Source: Antedon mediterranea (Eukaryota > Animalia > Echinodermata). Taken from it: DNA of 64,000 nucleotides. Below, in pieces: positions 1 to 14,608 of this stretch (the stretch's first letter is position 1; the number at the start of each line of letters is the position of its first letter). The notes under the pieces are model-generated. The model had not been told where the DNA came from. It made no database searches and was given only the letters and a program-made list of their open reading frames with translations. A program made the translations under genes and the position numbers. The stretch is taken from contig NC_092672.1 in the NCBI RefSeq assembly GCF_964355755.1, forward strand, positions 32,246,437 to 32,310,436, read 5' to 3'.

Positions 1-881
1 TCATTAGTTGAAGTTCCCACGAATTTTGTAAAGCGAACGTTTTAAGATAGAAATATACCATACCATAGTATAGTAATGATATGATAACAATGTTACGAAA
101 ATATAAGCGATATCATTGTGTACCTTACGTCACGTTTGAAGTTTTCGTTTATGTATGTCAAGTAATGTTTTATTCTAGAATGACGTAATTTTATATGCTC
201 TCTTTCTAATAATCTTTAGAAAAGTAGAGCAACTTTAACCGTTTCATATCATCAGTATAGAAAGCCATTATATGTTGACTTGTATTGGCTAGTTAAAAAC
301 GGTTGGCCTGCCATCCACAGCACTGAGATGGATGATAGATTGAGGAGCTGATGAACGATTAGTATGCACACCACGTGTGTTAATATTATTTTCAACGAGC
401 ACACTGTTTATACATCTAGAAGACCAAACAAGTGTTACGCACTTATCAACAAAATGAATGTGAGTAGAAATTGCAGAAATCTAACAGCAACCATTTTAAG
501 AGATTGACGATGGTGTATAAAAATGTTATTTCTTTCATTTTTTTTAGCAGCAGGCCTTACGCAATAGACTTGTTATTTCCACAAATGTTTGCGTAAGAAG
601 AATTTTTGTTTAATAATAATAACTTTATTGACAAACACTTTTGTATTAGTGACAACACACTCATTAGTGGTGCAGTCAACTTAAACTACATACAAATGAA
701 CATTATAAACCAAACATGTATGTATGTACACTCAACGATACATAGACATTAAATACAATAGTAAAACAAAACCAATGCAGTGGCTTTTCTTAACTTTTGA
801 CTTTAACTTTTTAAACTTTTTTTGTTTGTTCTCTCATCTAATTGTGTTTTGAATTCTTGTTCTTTAAACAAAATATTCTAA

Positions 882-1047
882 AGCTGGTTTTCCACTATAG
901 GCGAATTTGTTCACACGAATCGATAGCGTCAGCTTATACGCATACGTATTCATTTTTTCATCTTCCAAATACCTCTCTACGCATGCGTATAAGCTGATGC
1001 TTTCGATTCGGGCGAACAAATTCGCCTATACTAGTGGAAAATCGGCT
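882..1047. mobile_element. Palindromic MITE, PIF/Harbinger(Tourist)-like
   Basis: Ends AGCTGGTTTTCCACTA / TAGTGGAAAATCGGCT. Inner arms are also complementary (TAGGCGAATTTGTTC / GAACAAATTCGCCTA; ATCGATAGCGTCAGCTTATACGCAT / ATGCGTATAAGCTGATGCTTTCGAT). Flanked by TAA/TTA. Confidence 0.75.
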
Positions 1048-1280
1048 TTAACATGGTACTTTTCGTATTTGACCGCTGCACTATAGTTATAATGTTAAAT
1101 ACTGTATGTTTCCACGGATTTCCCCCGGTTTTACCCGACCTGATCCGACTTTTTGCTGACGTGTGAACGTACTAAATTGTTGTCTGCTATTAGTACATGG
1201 ATGTTCACACCACGCACATCATCCCGAGTTGTGAACGTTGCACTATTCCTTTAGTGCGTTCTTTCTTTGGATTTTCTGAT

Positions 1281-1388
1281 TTTTTTTAGTCGCATGCAAA
1301 CGCGACTCTACAGCTCACTATGTCGGTCGGTCGGTAAACACTAACTCAAATTTGCGCACGCGACTACAGCCATGTATATGGCCTGGTT
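1281..1388 (+). mobile_element. Miniature Helentron/DINE-1-like non-autonomous element, copy 1
   Basis: T-run, subterminal IR TAGTCGC..GCGACTA, 5' hairpin, (GTCG)n microsatellite, 3' hairpin GCCATGTATATGGC. A near-identical copy lies at 53637-53736. Confidence 0.6.
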
Positions 1389-1445
1389 CTGAGCTGATTC
1401 GGATTCTTGGCGCAAATTGCAGCAACGTATGCTAATTGATTGTAA

Positions 1446-1639
1446 AGCGTGGTTCCCACTAGAACGCAACGCAGCGACGTATCGACGAAAAGTGCTGTAT
1501 TGCGTAATCACAAGTGGAAACCGACGACATAATAGTGCTGCAAACATCGCAGGTTTCATGCAGGCGGGGGGAAAACACAATTATTGGAAGGGCATTTGCT
1601 TATAATGCGTTACGTTGCGTCGCAAGTGGGAACCAAGCT
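1446..1639. mobile_element. MITE family A (AGCTTGGTTCCCACTAG termini)
   Basis: AGCGTGGTTCCCACTAGAACGCAACGCA ... TGCGTCGCAAGTGGGAACCAAGCT. Related copies at about 2142-2283, 9839-10016, 12985-13218, 13861-14039, 14313-14518 and 56175-56321. Confidence 0.75.
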
Positions 1640-3049
1640 TACAGATGTTTATTAAATGTATTCCTCCTTTAAGATATAAATGGAATTTGACTGTTTTCGG
1701 GTGTAGGAATTTTGTGGTTTATCTTTCGGACTCACACTGCGCGCGTAGAAGAATAGGGCCTATGGTATGTGTTTTTTTTTTTATCAAACCAAAAGTTCTA
1801 GCGCGTATGGCACGGAAATTCCGACATACTAATTCTTCTAATACCAACACGTGAAGAATGAGTTGACTTCAATTAGTATAAACCTACATAATGTCTTGTT
1901 TAAATACGAGATCTGTTAAAAAGCACTTTGATTCTCACTTTATCGTTTCTCTCCCGAGACTCACTATGAACTGTGACAGTATTTTTATTTACTACATACA
2001 ATTGCTTTCTCAACGCGTGACAAACTTAACAATTTAATATTTCCGAAATCTTTTCGATTTATATTTAAGTATAATGTTCTTGTTGTAACCTATCCTTCCG
2101 TAGTCAATAAGTCACTGAGAAGTACAACATTGTATATTGTAAAGCTTCCCACTAGGCCGCATCGCAAGAACGTAGATGCAAGCAAGTTGACCAATGGTAA
2201 GCGACAGTTCGAATAATCAATCGCTTATGATTGGTCAAATCATTTACGTTGCGCTAACGTACTTTGTGTTTGGGAACCAAGCACTAATAATGTAAACGTT
2301 ACGTGAAACAGGCCTACCAATGAAAGATTATTTTAAAACAACCAATTGAAAGGTTCAATAGAACTATAAGGTTCACGCACTATTTATATTGCTATGAGAT
2401 ACTACGTTTTATTTATTTGTCGGCGGTATCTTGGCATCGTCTTAATTAAAATGCCTTCAAATTAAGTTTAATGGCCTAGCTAGAAAGATATATTTGTTTA
2501 GAACCATTTACATCTGGCATATCTGTGACGTGATCATCATCGTATGTTATATCAATAAGCATACCTTTCTGATTTATTTTTCAGTGTTATGTTGTATTAG
2601 TGACGTGAAAATAGCACTTGGCGCGCATAAAATGACTGATATTAGCGAACTTTCGTTTTGTTCTAAAACGAAACGGTAATACAAAAGATTAACCTGCGCA
2701 TGCATTTAAGCAAAAAATACATAGTTTCGTTTATAATCAGAACTGTATTTGATCGATTTTAAATTAGCTAACTTAGCTAACAAATCACAAGCGACAGTTC
2801 AAATGATTCATCGTGGCGTGATTGGGCAAATTATTTGCAGTGATCTATTTCTTGTGATTGGTTAAATTGCTCACTTAAAAAATACGCGCATGTGCGCAGT
2901 TACCGCCGTGTTACATCGAGGTAGTCTTTACAGGCATTTCTGAGGTCTGTACAAATTACAGAACTGTTCCGACTCGATTATTTACAGATCGCTTACGCCT
3001 AACGTTGCGTTCAAATGGAAATCAAGCTTAAGATTTCTTGTAAACTTAC

Positions 3050-3288
3050 CTGAGCGTTTGTCAATAGCAAGAAACAGAACCAAGATACCACATGCAATAA
3101 AAGTTACTAAGAGAAGCAGAAGCAATCTCTTCTCTAACGATGTTCTCCTCGGACAACTGGAACCGCTGTGCCATATTTTCGGCTCATAGATTTGCCCATC
3201 ATCATCCATCGAGTCCTGATTTTCCAGTTTTGTTTTCGACTTCAGTGGCACGAACTTCACTTCGTTGCCATTCAGTTCGAAATCATTT
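3050..3288 (-). CDS. Common coding exon (cytoplasmic tail + transmembrane signal-anchor) of a type II membrane protein, probably M13 peptidase (ECE/neprilysin-like); gene continues off the left edge
   Basis: Acceptor ttgtttccttAG at 3290-3289 and donor CAG|GTAAGT at 3049. Reads NDFELNGNEVKF...RRTSLEKRLLLLLLVTFIACGILVLFLAIDKRS. RTSLEKRL+TM resembles the recalled juxtamembrane RTQVEKRLVVLVVLL of ECE1. No catalytic domain is in the window, so the family is tentative. Confidence 0.65.
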
Positions 3289-6200
3289 CTAAGGAAACAA
3301 AGGGAAATTGATTATGTGAAGTTGGTTTGTGGATTTTTATTTCTGTCATGATATTTTTTTGCAGGGCGGGCCGAGTTTAATAGAAAAATTAGTTTCTAAA
3401 TAGTAATGATTCTGCTAAGGAACAGTTTATTTATTGAATAAACCAATAAACGAACAGTTCATATCCTCTCAAAGAATATTGTTCTAGTACCGTATAGGCT
3501 TGTTGAAACATGACATGAAATCCCGTTACTGATATTTTTATTCTTCTCATAATATTCTATTGCTCAACTGAAATATTTCATGGGAAAATTGAAAAGAAAG
3601 TTAAAGAAATTAGACCGTTGATAAGATTCCACAATTCATTAACAAACAATGATTCTCCTCAGTAACTGAGCAAGATATTTTACAGATCGATAGAGGGCGC
3701 GCTATTTTATATGTCAGCCTATATTTAAGATACAAATGACTCGAGATTTTAACAAGCTTTTTTGACCTTGCCAATTCTATGATTTTCTTGAAAATCAATA
3801 TGCATGCTCTGTTAGCATATAACTATTAGCTAACAAATATTCAGAAAAAAAACTTTAAAATTGTAGATGTTATCGTGCAAAAAACATACAAACCAAACAT
3901 AAGCCTTATATAAATATTTTACAAGCATCAAAATAATAAGCATACTGCAATAATAGGCATCATCTATTTTTGCAAAAAGCATTCGTTCGTTGAACACTTT
4001 AAAACAACTAGCCAGAGGACGGGTAATTAGTATCATACTGATGCCAAATAACCCAGCAGGTCAAGCGTAATGCCATGCAACCACTGGCCGTAGCTAAATG
4101 TATTTATTTCTATTATTGATGTATATATTTAAAGATAATAAAGGGAATATGTATCCCATGGTGAAGCCTCGTTAAAGATGATACTATTCATCTTCGACGC
4201 CATTCAAAAGCGCTAAAACAATATTTATAGGCCCTAGCTTCTCTTAAATTTTAAATGTAACACACAAAAAACTATTAAATCATTTTTTCCTTCAAATCTT
4301 TATTTCAAACACATTTAATTACATCCATGCAGTAAGTTTACTAATTACATACCTTAAATCATTCAAGACGCTAACTCATGGATCTAAACAAAACATTACC
4401 TCTTGGAAAGATACTAATTATCGAGAATGTATCTGATGACATGCTGATGCTTATGAATTATTCATGTGGCGACATATTCTGGTTCATACATATTCATGTA
4501 ACTTATATATAAATATACGCGTAGGTGCAGCTTTTTCCTATGCATCAGTCCCCTAGGTAACTATTATTAAGTTGAGCCTGATTAATAGATCGTATCATAT
4601 TAAAACTGATAAGGTTACCGTTCACTCAATATTATACCGGATACCCGATATATGCCGATGTTCCCAAAGTAACAGAACATAATTCGTCATGCCATATAGA
4701 TCACAAAGAAGACACGCGCGTCCAAAAGCTATAGGCGCGCGCGTTAAAATACCGCGCGCGTATAAATGCCATATGGACGCCGACGCGCGCGTACAAATTC
4801 TATAGGCGCGCCTAGCGATTTCATCTTCGTTTACACGCGTACATCAAAGTTAAAGCCTCACAGCATCGTCACAAAGTTTGCCACATTTTAAACCTACATT
4901 TATTTCTAAATCCTTTTGCAGATTATTTCTCCAAACAACTCGTCTCTTAATTCCGTTGCCCCTATTGAGAGCTTACGTTGAAGAGATAGATAATTGCTTT
5001 TCACCCGCCGAGCTGATCTAATGAGCTGAGAGTAATAATAAGTCGACATGTCGGTTATCGACTAATTCGAACGCTCGACTTATAATTGTTAAATAATCAT
5101 GACCTCGCTGGTCGGTCAGCCTTTGAGATATGTGTTCTGTCAGATTTCTAAATTATTAAAAGATTGAGATTTGTTTTTGATATTTTCGGAAAGTGTTAAT
5201 CTTGGATTTTGGTGGGGAATATTTCGAGGTTTCAACCGTACATTTCGTTCCCTCGTAGTAGTAGGCCAATAACAGTTTATTAAAAATGGTGAAAAATGTA
5301 TGTTCTGTATTAAGACGACATTTCAATCTATCAAATTCAATGCTTTGGGGCACAATTCAAGAGCATTGTAGTATGATGTAATTATAATAATAGATCTCAT
5401 TGGCCAAATAAGAGGAATACACATATTTTAATTGTTCAGTAGATACCCATGTTGAATAAAATGTACCCTCGTATTATTGTTTGCAACAGTGTATGCCTAC
5501 TTATAACTAATGTGATATCATTTGAAATGAAAGTTATTGTAGGAAGAATCAACTCAGGTTTCGACAACGTTTAGTTACCTGTAACTAGCACTTTATTTGT
5601 TAAAATCTCAGTTAATTAGACCACTTCAATTAGTTTCAATGTCTGGTGCCCTTTCGGCAAAATGTTTGCGGCTAGCCTTCTATTCAATTCATTATCAAGT
5701 AAAAAGATTAATAATTAGTTATCATTATGTACTTGCAATTATTTTAATAATTTGTCTGACTTCGAGGCTACGTACATGCACAGATCTAAATAAACTTTAA
5801 ACGATCTCCTAAAATGCTCGAAAGAGTAAGAATAGCCTATAGCTTCGTACACAGTATGTATGCTTATAACATTATGCAACTGCCTGTAGTACTGTAGTTA
5901 AAACATAATTTAAAAAGATTTTTTGGTGAATATGTCATGTTAATGTCACATTAGTTATCCACTTTGACCATTAGATCGGGGAAAAAAAATGTATTTACCT
6001 GAAAAAAAGTGTAATTTAAAGCAAAAAATAGTCAAATTGACTGCTAGCCAATGGATTTTTGGTTGAATGTTACCATTTATTTTGTCATTTTATAAGTGAA
6101 AACATTGGGTTTTTTTTCTACGGAAGTGATTAACTTGATTAAAACTACAAAATAAGATATTCAAGGTCTGATTTAATTAATCTTCATTTTTCATGTTTTT

Positions 6201-9200
6201 TGGGGACAATACATCTTTAAGATAGAAATGCTGCAAATTCACAGCTGTAACAACTAACAACTTCTCCATCAAGTTAAGGAGTTTCCTTGTCATTTATCAT
6301 AGACGATTACCATCACTGATCCATCGTTGTATCGATTGCCTTATTTAATACGTACCGTAGCTTTTGAAATCCTCACGCCAGCGTTATTACAATAATTCGT
6401 CAACGACACCAAATACAAGTTGAACAGCTTGTATAAAAATTCATATCATTTTCATCAAATTTGTGAACGCGCATCAATATTGGATGGCTGTTTCATGCGG
6501 TGTGGGTGTACGAATACGCTGCTGCTATGATCGTTTCTAAATGTTATTTTTTCTGTAAAACATGAATTTTGAAAACTTCTCAACAAAAATTAGCATTTTC
6601 AGTTGAACGATTTAAATTTAAAACACAGTTCTCAACGTTTTATTTTTTTAATAGGTAAAACACTATAGAGCAAAATTCTAAGTAGATTCAACTACTTTTG
6701 TAAATTAAACAATTTGTTAAATTATAGAATGCGTTTAGGCCTTAAGTCTTGCATCTCGGCTGAGCTGAGTGGTTAGATGGCTCATGATGGGCCTTAGAGG
6801 TTGTTGTATTTCCGGAGAAAAAAGTTTTAGAAACATACAAGGCCTACGAAATGTTAATAAATAATATTGAAATGGTAGATTGGTAGAATTGGTAAGATTG
6901 TTGTCAGACATGAAAATGCACCGAACCCGTTTGAATAATGTAGCTCGTTCAAAGAAAGAAATATTATCATCCATCTTTCTTTGTAAATTACTGTGCATCG
7001 TTATTTTTAACAGCTTATTCATTATTTCCACATTTAGATGATAGCTTCCCTCTAACTTGTTTGCCAGAAGAAAAATAAAATAACGTTAATACAATAGGCC
7101 TGGTACATTATTTTAATAATCATCTTAAAAGAGGTGTTTGTTATTACTTTATTCGAAGGTAAAATAACTAATTTTAAAATCCAGGTCATGAATCAAATAC
7201 CAAAAGGTCATAGGTCAATATTAGGCTTGCATTCGTTCGGCAATTCCTACATTTTGACTACTTTACCTCATCGGTGCTAATGTATTTCCATATGTTATCT
7301 AAGTACATTATAATTCATAATGTTACTATGCTATTTGTTACCATGGCAATCATTTCTTTGAAACGAAACAAATTGGGAGAGAAAACAACATTTTAAAAAT
7401 TCATTTGCCAAAAAAAAACGACGTCTTCAAAATTGATGTATTAAAGGTAAATAACATTTTAACGATCATTTCTTGGCATTCAATTGCCAAAATTCCTTTC
7501 CGGTTTCCAGATAATAATGTAATTATTTAAACACATCTTGAATTCAATGACAATTTAAAGATTTTTTTTACCTATCAATTGCCAATTTTCGTTACGGTTT
7601 CTAGATAACAGTGATTATGAAATCTGTAAGATTTATTTTTGGTTGAAGTCTCAAATACTCGTGTTTCCAAATAATGTCATTGTTTTTTTGTATAATGACA
7701 AACGTATCGAGGAATTAAGGAATTGTAATGGTACTGTAATTGAACAAATTACATTTACACTATCTAATAAGGGATTTAAAATCATTAATCAGTTCAGATC
7801 ATTTCAACATCTAAGATAATTTACTTGTTGTGTAAAAGTTTATCCTCTCGTGATTTACTTTTTTACCATTTTTTTCTTCATTTTATTGTTAGTTAGGATA
7901 GCCAGATGCTCACATCATTATGACACTTGTTAATTTTATAAGAACGATTTCAATGACAGTTCACAGAATTTTATTACCATGTTTTATCTTTATATTTTAA
8001 TTAACATCATCTTTAAAATTGTAAATAAAAGCATATGGTTTTATATTGAAATCAATCATCTTTTTATGTAAATATGCTGCATTTAAACTACTTTTAACAC
8101 TGTACAAATCGTAGTAATATACAATAGAAAAAGAAATATTCATGCAAATAATTAATTGTTACAAATGTACCCTTATTTTTTTATATAATATATATATATA
8201 CATATAAAACAGAGAATTATAATAAAAGTGGGACGACCCCACACAAGACAAAAAAAACATGATGTAAAAAAAAACAGTGTCTTGTAATTCTCTCACATTA
8301 TCCATGTGTGACATGCTTATAATGTTCGCCATTAGGGCAATTACGGCAATTACACATACGAACTACTAATGAACAATGGTTAACAACATTAATAATCTAC
8401 TACTAGTAAGTACTACTAGCATATTAGCCTATTTATAAATGTGACATACGCCTAAATCATTTTTCTAAACCTTTATTTAAAAAGTAATTCTACTAGTAGC
8501 CTTCTACTTAAAGCGTTGACTAATGCGTCCTCCTCACAAATTACATTTATTAATTTATGTTCTCTATTATATTGTTTATTGTATTGTGTGAAACAATAAA
8601 CTTGAAAACGTGAAGTATAAGCAAGGCAATCTAACAACAGAATGCTGAGCTCCGGAGATCAAGGGATTTAACTGTGGCTGCGACACGATCAGTTCTACAC
8701 GACTCGCCGCAGAAAATATGTATATATAAGTACTGTCCGCGTAGTGTTGATATTTATCGCAGCCAGACATAAGATCAAATGACTGTTACGAGTCTTGCCA
8801 AGGCGAGCTCAGTGTTTTATTCTTAGATTGCCTTGGTATATTAAGTATGAATCAATCAGTGAGCACATTATTTTGCACTTATCTTTTTGCCAATTAAAAA
8901 AAAAAAAAAACTTTTCTGGAAAAGTTAGGACTATCGTCAGAGTGACGCAACGCGCGCGTACAAAAAATCCATATATCATTAATATCACCGAACTCGCGCT
9001 TACGTGTGCATCCATTCGTTATAAACTTTTCAGGTTGTTTTGAAAGTTGATGATAAATATATTATATATATGTCCATAAAAAATATACATTTATATATGT
9101 ACTGTTTAAAGATACCCAACAACCGTGGTGGTTTTTAAATGTAGTTTAAACCCCTCCCAGTACAATTCTGATCATTCTTGATGTGTATGATGAATAGCAT

Positions 9201-9278
9201 TGGTATGAGAATTAAACGTACACAATATCTCTCTCCGTAGATTGCTGAAATAAATGTTAAAATGAATGCTATACTTAC

Positions 9279-9313
9279 ACGTCTGATCTTCTCCCGTTGC
9301 TATTTTGGAACAT
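9279..9313 (-). CDS. Candidate alternative first coding exon (proximal) of the ECE-like gene, MFQNSNGRRSDV
   Basis: ATG at 9313, 35 nt, donor GT|GTAAGT. Phase 2 matches the phase of the 3288 acceptor. Confidence 0.45.
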
Positions 9314-10119
9314 AGTTGGATTATTTGAGGTTCACCACGAACCGTGCCGATGAAGAATACACAAAGGCCTTCAACCAAGAGTTGTTTATATCTTAAGATG
9401 AGAAAAACGACGATAGTGAAAGAAATATAATGTGTTATAATATCACTCAATTATGTCCAAAGCAATTCGTCTCTCACCGCCGCCTACCTGAACTAAATCG
9501 GACAATGCGACGCACTCACAGATCCTGTTGTCTTGAATGGCAAGCAGTATCAGCAACACCGCCGTACATGCAGACGATTTACGAACGACTATTCGCATTC
9601 AAACCGATAGACGAATTTATTCCTTATGACGAATAGCATATACTGATTATTCCTCGCACTGTTAACCTCGCTGTTAAAGATGTCATTATTAGCTCGTTGC
9701 ATAACGACGTATTATCTGATTGAACGTGTTGAGTTGTTTCTGACAAGCTAAGCTAAGGAGATATAATCTTCGTATATTCACCAAGAAAATGATTGAAGTA
9801 TGAAGTATTATTATTGTTTTTTGTATATGTTTCTCCTAACGTGATTCCCACTAGCGACGCAACACAAGGACGTAACGCAACGCAAGTGAATTGACCAATC
9901 ACAAGCCATGGCTTATGCGCTTGTGATTGCTAACTGTCTATAACTTCGCTTGTCATTGGTTAAAACGCTTGCGTTGCGTTTACGTCCTTGCGTTACGTTC
10001 TAGTGGGAACCAAGCTTTAGGGAGGTGAATAAATTTGAATTTGAATTTAGTGTAAATCGATATAATTGTATATTTTAGGGGTGGTATTATTTCCGTCGTA
10101 AATCCACATGTCAGCGTTA

Positions 10120-10494
10120 AGTCCCATTTACACTAGGGCGATAACGTCCGACTATAAACATACATTTTTCTTGGATAAAACAAAGAAATTAGAACAGTTT
10201 TCGTTCTAGAACTATAGGATAATCATTTATGCCATATTTGATCAAAATAATATTTTTTTTAAATCCAATCAAATGACGTCATGATCAATAAAAACAATAA
10301 AATCGTTGTATTTGTATACGATATTATTGCTCTTACTAATCATGACGTCATTTGATTGGACGTGTGGAAATAGCAGCATAGATGGTAACCCTATAGTTCT
10401 AGGATGAAAACTTTTTAAAATTCTTTTGTTTTAGATATGAAAAATGCATATTTATCTTTTTATCGTCGATCGTTATCGCCCGGTAAATGGGCCT
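10120..10494. mobile_element. MITE with TTA target-site duplication (PIF/Harbinger-like)
   Basis: AGTCCCATTTACACTAGGGCGATAACG ... CGTTATCGCCCGGTAAATGGGCCT. Internal IR TCCAATCAAATGACGTCATGAT / ATCATGACGTCATTTGATTGGA. TTA on both flanks (10117-10119, 10495-10497). Confidence 0.75.
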
Positions 10495-11904
10495 TTACGG
10501 TATCTCACGTGTTATGATTGGTCAGTGCTTAGTAAGCGTGAGGTGTAAGTGTGTAACAGCTCATTTCATTACTATTTTTAGGCCTTGGGCGCGCCGCCTC
10601 ATTTTTTTTAAATTGGACACTGGTAGTGGTACGCGTACAAAAGTTGATAACCGCCGTATGTGTTTTTTGCACGCGCGCGTAAACTTTATAACCAATACAC
10701 ATCGCGTGATATTTCAATAAGCAACCTTTTGACATTTATTGGATATCCTAATTTATTTTAAGCAGCTTTAATTTACAGTAAAAATCAAGTGGTTAAGTTG
10801 TAATCGGTTGTTGCCATAATCATATTGTTTCGTATCTTACGAATTAATATCGAACACTCAACTATATTAGATTTCACTGATAGAGATTATTAACTGGTAA
10901 TTCAACGGGAACACATTGTTTGCATTAGTCTATACATTGATAGCAACGATAGAAGGGGCTAAGTTGATTGTCCTTCTGCCAGTTCCAGTATATGTCAATA
11001 GGAACTCTAATTCTCACTAAAACGCAACACAATTAATTGATCAAATTAAAAGCGAAAGCTCAAATGATCCTTCATTCATTTTATTTGATCAATGTCAACA
11101 ATCGATTGTGATTGGAAAATTTTGAATTGCCGTTTCGTCCCAACCGAAGGCAAAGGATCTTACGGCATAGGCCTAGTCCTTTTAATTGTGCATGGACTTA
11201 TACAATTTATAGGAGGACCATGGTTTTAATGAATGCGCTGCTTGCACAGCATTTATTGTCAAATATATACAAATTTTTAAAATTTGTTGTCTGTACACAG
11301 ACAAAGCTCTTAAAATTATTTTTTTTTTAATTAAAAAAAAAACATCAACAAAACACGATAATGAAAAAACACAACAATACAATATTTATGAATAAGGATG
11401 AAAGCACGAATTAAAGAACCCAAGACATTGTAGAAACCGAACCTGACGAGATCGAGTGATGCAAATATTGTGTAAACGATAAATACATGTCGCACAATTT
11501 TGAAAGCCTTGATGAGCGTTATAGTTCCAACATACACGATGTGAATGTCGTATTATATTCGTCACAATCTGTATCACCCATCTTGTGTTTGTAGGTTGTA
11601 GACCCTTTCATTTTGTGCAAGTGCAATATTAAATTATAAAGTAGGGGGTAGGACAAAATTCTTATCAGTTCTACAGATAACGTCTTGAAGTTAAGTGATG
11701 AACTGATTTTTTAATGTGATATCTAGCCTGGGTCACCCCTGCGTGTAACCAAATACATTGAACGTAACTCAATAGATCACACGAAATCTGTCGCTATTAA
11801 ACGACAGTAATAATAAACCACGGAATGTAATGCGAGCACATTTGCCGTAGGACGTTGACCAATTTATTATCCGTCTCTCCTCTTCCATATGTTGTCAAAC
11901 TTTA

Positions 11905-12027
11905 AGCCTTGTCTACACTATCAAACTTTATGTGTCAAAAAGATGTGATGTGCCCATATATGGACATGATGATGTCATATCACTACCATATTTAAGCATA
12001 TCACTACCATATATAGGCAAACTTTAG
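11905..12027. mobile_element. MITE family B (AGCTCTGTCTACACT termini, GTGCCCATATATGGACATGATG core), partial
   Basis: Same core at about 19302-19372, 29579-29718, 52302-52424 and 57690-57813. Confidence 0.7.
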
Positions 12028-12289
12028 GCCTACTTAAATAATAATGAGATTCGACGATGGTGTTTCTTCAATAGACAACAAAATTGGGGTAACATCATAA
12101 TTTAACGACTTGCCGATATTTTATATATTATAGGGCCATCTTAAAATGGCTAGCAGCATTTTTGATTAAATACCTAGTCCTAATTAATCACCCAAACTTA
12201 ATTTTGGTGAAACCACCATGCCACCACGTTTACTCTGCCTGTCATTTGTTTTTATTTCAACCGTCATCGTAAGCTCATACACGCTTTTT

Positions 12290-12815
12290 TCTTAATCGGA
12301 GTTAAATTGCGGTCTATCAGAGTTATAGATAAAGAACAAGCGTTTAAGCTTAAGTTAAGAAACAACCCCGTGTAAGAACCATCGGCAAACGCACATAACT
12401 CTGTCATTTTGCGATGTAAATGCATCGTACGTTATGTTTAGGCACAAGCTATTATCGGAGTTACGTTGGTCTATCGGAGTTATAGATAAAGAAAAAGCGT
12501 TTAAGCAAGATAGTTAAGGAAGAAACAACCCCGTGTAAGAACCATCGATAAACGTTTGAAAGCACTCAACTCTGTCCTTTGTCAATGCATCGTAAGTTAT
12601 GTTTAGACACTCGCTCTTATCGGAGTTACATCAGTCTATCGGAGTTATAGATAAGAAAAAGCGTATAAGTATGATAGTTAAGGAAGAAACAACCCGGTGT
12701 AAGAACCATTGGTAAACGTTTGAACGTACTCAACTCTGTCCTTCGTCAAACATGTTTAGGCACGCGTGCTCTTTTCTTATCGGAGTTATGCTTTGCGGTC
12801 TATCGGAGTTACATT
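12290..12815. repeat. About 175-180-bp tandem repeat, about 3 diverged copies
   Basis: GAAACAACCCCGTGTAAGAACCAT recurs near 12359, 12522 and 12686, and TATCGGAGTTA recurs many times. Confidence 0.75.
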
Positions 12816-13860
12816 GCTGTCTATGTTATGCGTTCAGACACAGTCATTTACGTCCATCGATTTAGGCCAGTTAATCAAACCCCGTTGTAATCTAGTGTGA
12901 AAGCACATATATCGGTTTTCTAACGCACAGAAACCTATCGGAGTTAAATTCGGGTGTAGGCCTAAATGAGAGTTACGGATGTACATGGAAGTCGCTTGTG
13001 ATTTGTCAAGTTACTTGCGTTTCGGCTACGGTTACGTTGCAATGGAACCAAGCATGTAGATGTACGCTTAATGCTTGGTTCTCACTAGAGACGTAACGCA
13101 ACGTAAGTGATTTGACCAATCACATGCGATGGATTATGCGAATTGTCGCTTGTCATTGGTCAACACGCTTACGTTCCGTTAACGTCCTTGCGTTGCGTCC
13201 TAGTAAAAACCAAGCTTGAAGCTATTTAAACTTAACGGAACGGAAGACGGCGCCGTGTTTTTAAATAATGGAAAATTATATAGAGAATCGAACGGCGTCG
13301 TCTTCCGTTCCGTGAAACCGTGAATGTCTATAGCTTTACTCTACTTGTACAGTACGTGCATTAAACATACAAAATGTTTCTTTTGCCATTTAAGTATTAT
13401 ATAGCGTATGTAGCATACGTTACGCAGCGTTGCGTATTGGTATTCCCCTAACACAGTGAAAGATAGCCATATCTCAAGCCTAATTGCTAAAAATTATATC
13501 GTTACTGTCATCACGTGACAAGGAAAAGTAATCGAATAATAGTATTAATTATGGTTATTTTCGCTTAAGACTTTTATAAAAGTTAATAGTAACAACTTCA
13601 AATATGGGATAATTGTTATTTTAAAGAGAACGTTTGGTTATCACGGGGTTCATATATTTTTTTAATGATGCAATTAAATTGAACAAAATGAACAGGAGGC
13701 TACCAAGCGTTCATTTGTAATAAATATTATATATTTTAAAAAGCACGATCGATCACATGATGATATTAATACACTTTTCCTTTCTGAGCGGAATATTCTA
13801 CCATATTATATAAGTAGAGTAAACATCCGATGCACCAAGGTGGGTAAACGGTCTGCCTAA

Positions 13861-14039
13861 AGCTTGGTTCCCACTAGAACGTAACGCTAAGACGTAAACG
13901 CAACGAAAGCGTTTTAACCAATGACAAGCGAAATTATAGACAGTTAGCAATCACAAGCGAATAAGCCATCGCTTGTGATTGGTCAATTCACTTGCGTTGC
14001 GTTACGTCCTTGTGTTGCGTCGCTAGTGGGAACCACGCT
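13861..14039. mobile_element. MITE family A, intact copy with TAA TSD
   Basis: TAA|AGCTTGGTTCCCACTAG...CTAGTGGGAACCACGCT|TAA. Nearly the reverse complement of 9839-10016. Confidence 0.85.
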
Positions 14040-14561
14040 TAACACCTCCGATACTACGATGTATCTTCAATGTACTACGATATACCTCCAATGTACTACG
14101 ATATATAACTCCAATGTACTACGATACTCCGAGATATATCCGATATACAACCGATTGAAGAGCTTTATCTAACTCCGATAATAGAAAAAAAGGCGAAACA
14201 TAGTAAAAGTAAAAAACATCTGTAACCAGATCAGCAAATGTTTGAAGCCCACATACGCAATGTTACGTTCCAACAATACTTTACCCCTGTAACGTTACAC
14301 CAGGGTCCCAAAAGCTTGGTTCCCACTAGAACGAAACTCAAGGACGTAGACGCAACACAAGGACGTAGACGCAACGCAAGGACGTAGACGCAACGCAAAC
14401 AAGTTGATCAATGATAAAAAGCGACAGCAGTCCAAAAAAATCTATCGATTGTGATTGGTCAAATTCCTTACATTGCGTTAACGGCGTTGTGTTGCGTCTC
14501 TATAGTGGAACCAAGCATAACAGTTGTCACGGGTGAATCACGTATAACATCATAGGCCTAC

Positions 14562-14608
14562 CTTTCTCTACGCGGTGACGCAAAGCTCCACTCCTCAAAT
14601 AATGGCAT
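14562..14608 (-). CDS. Candidate alternative first coding exon (middle) of the ECE-like gene, MPLFEEWSFASPRRER
   Basis: ATG at 14608, 47 nt, donor AAG|GTAGGC, phase 2. Confidence 0.4.

Noticed and set aside
4400-4442. Further first exon for the ECE-like gene (MSSDTFSIISIFPR, donor GAG|GTAATG)
   Set aside because: Phase 1, so out of frame with the common exon (stop after 5 codons). Candidates ending near 4977 and 14702 fail the phase test too.
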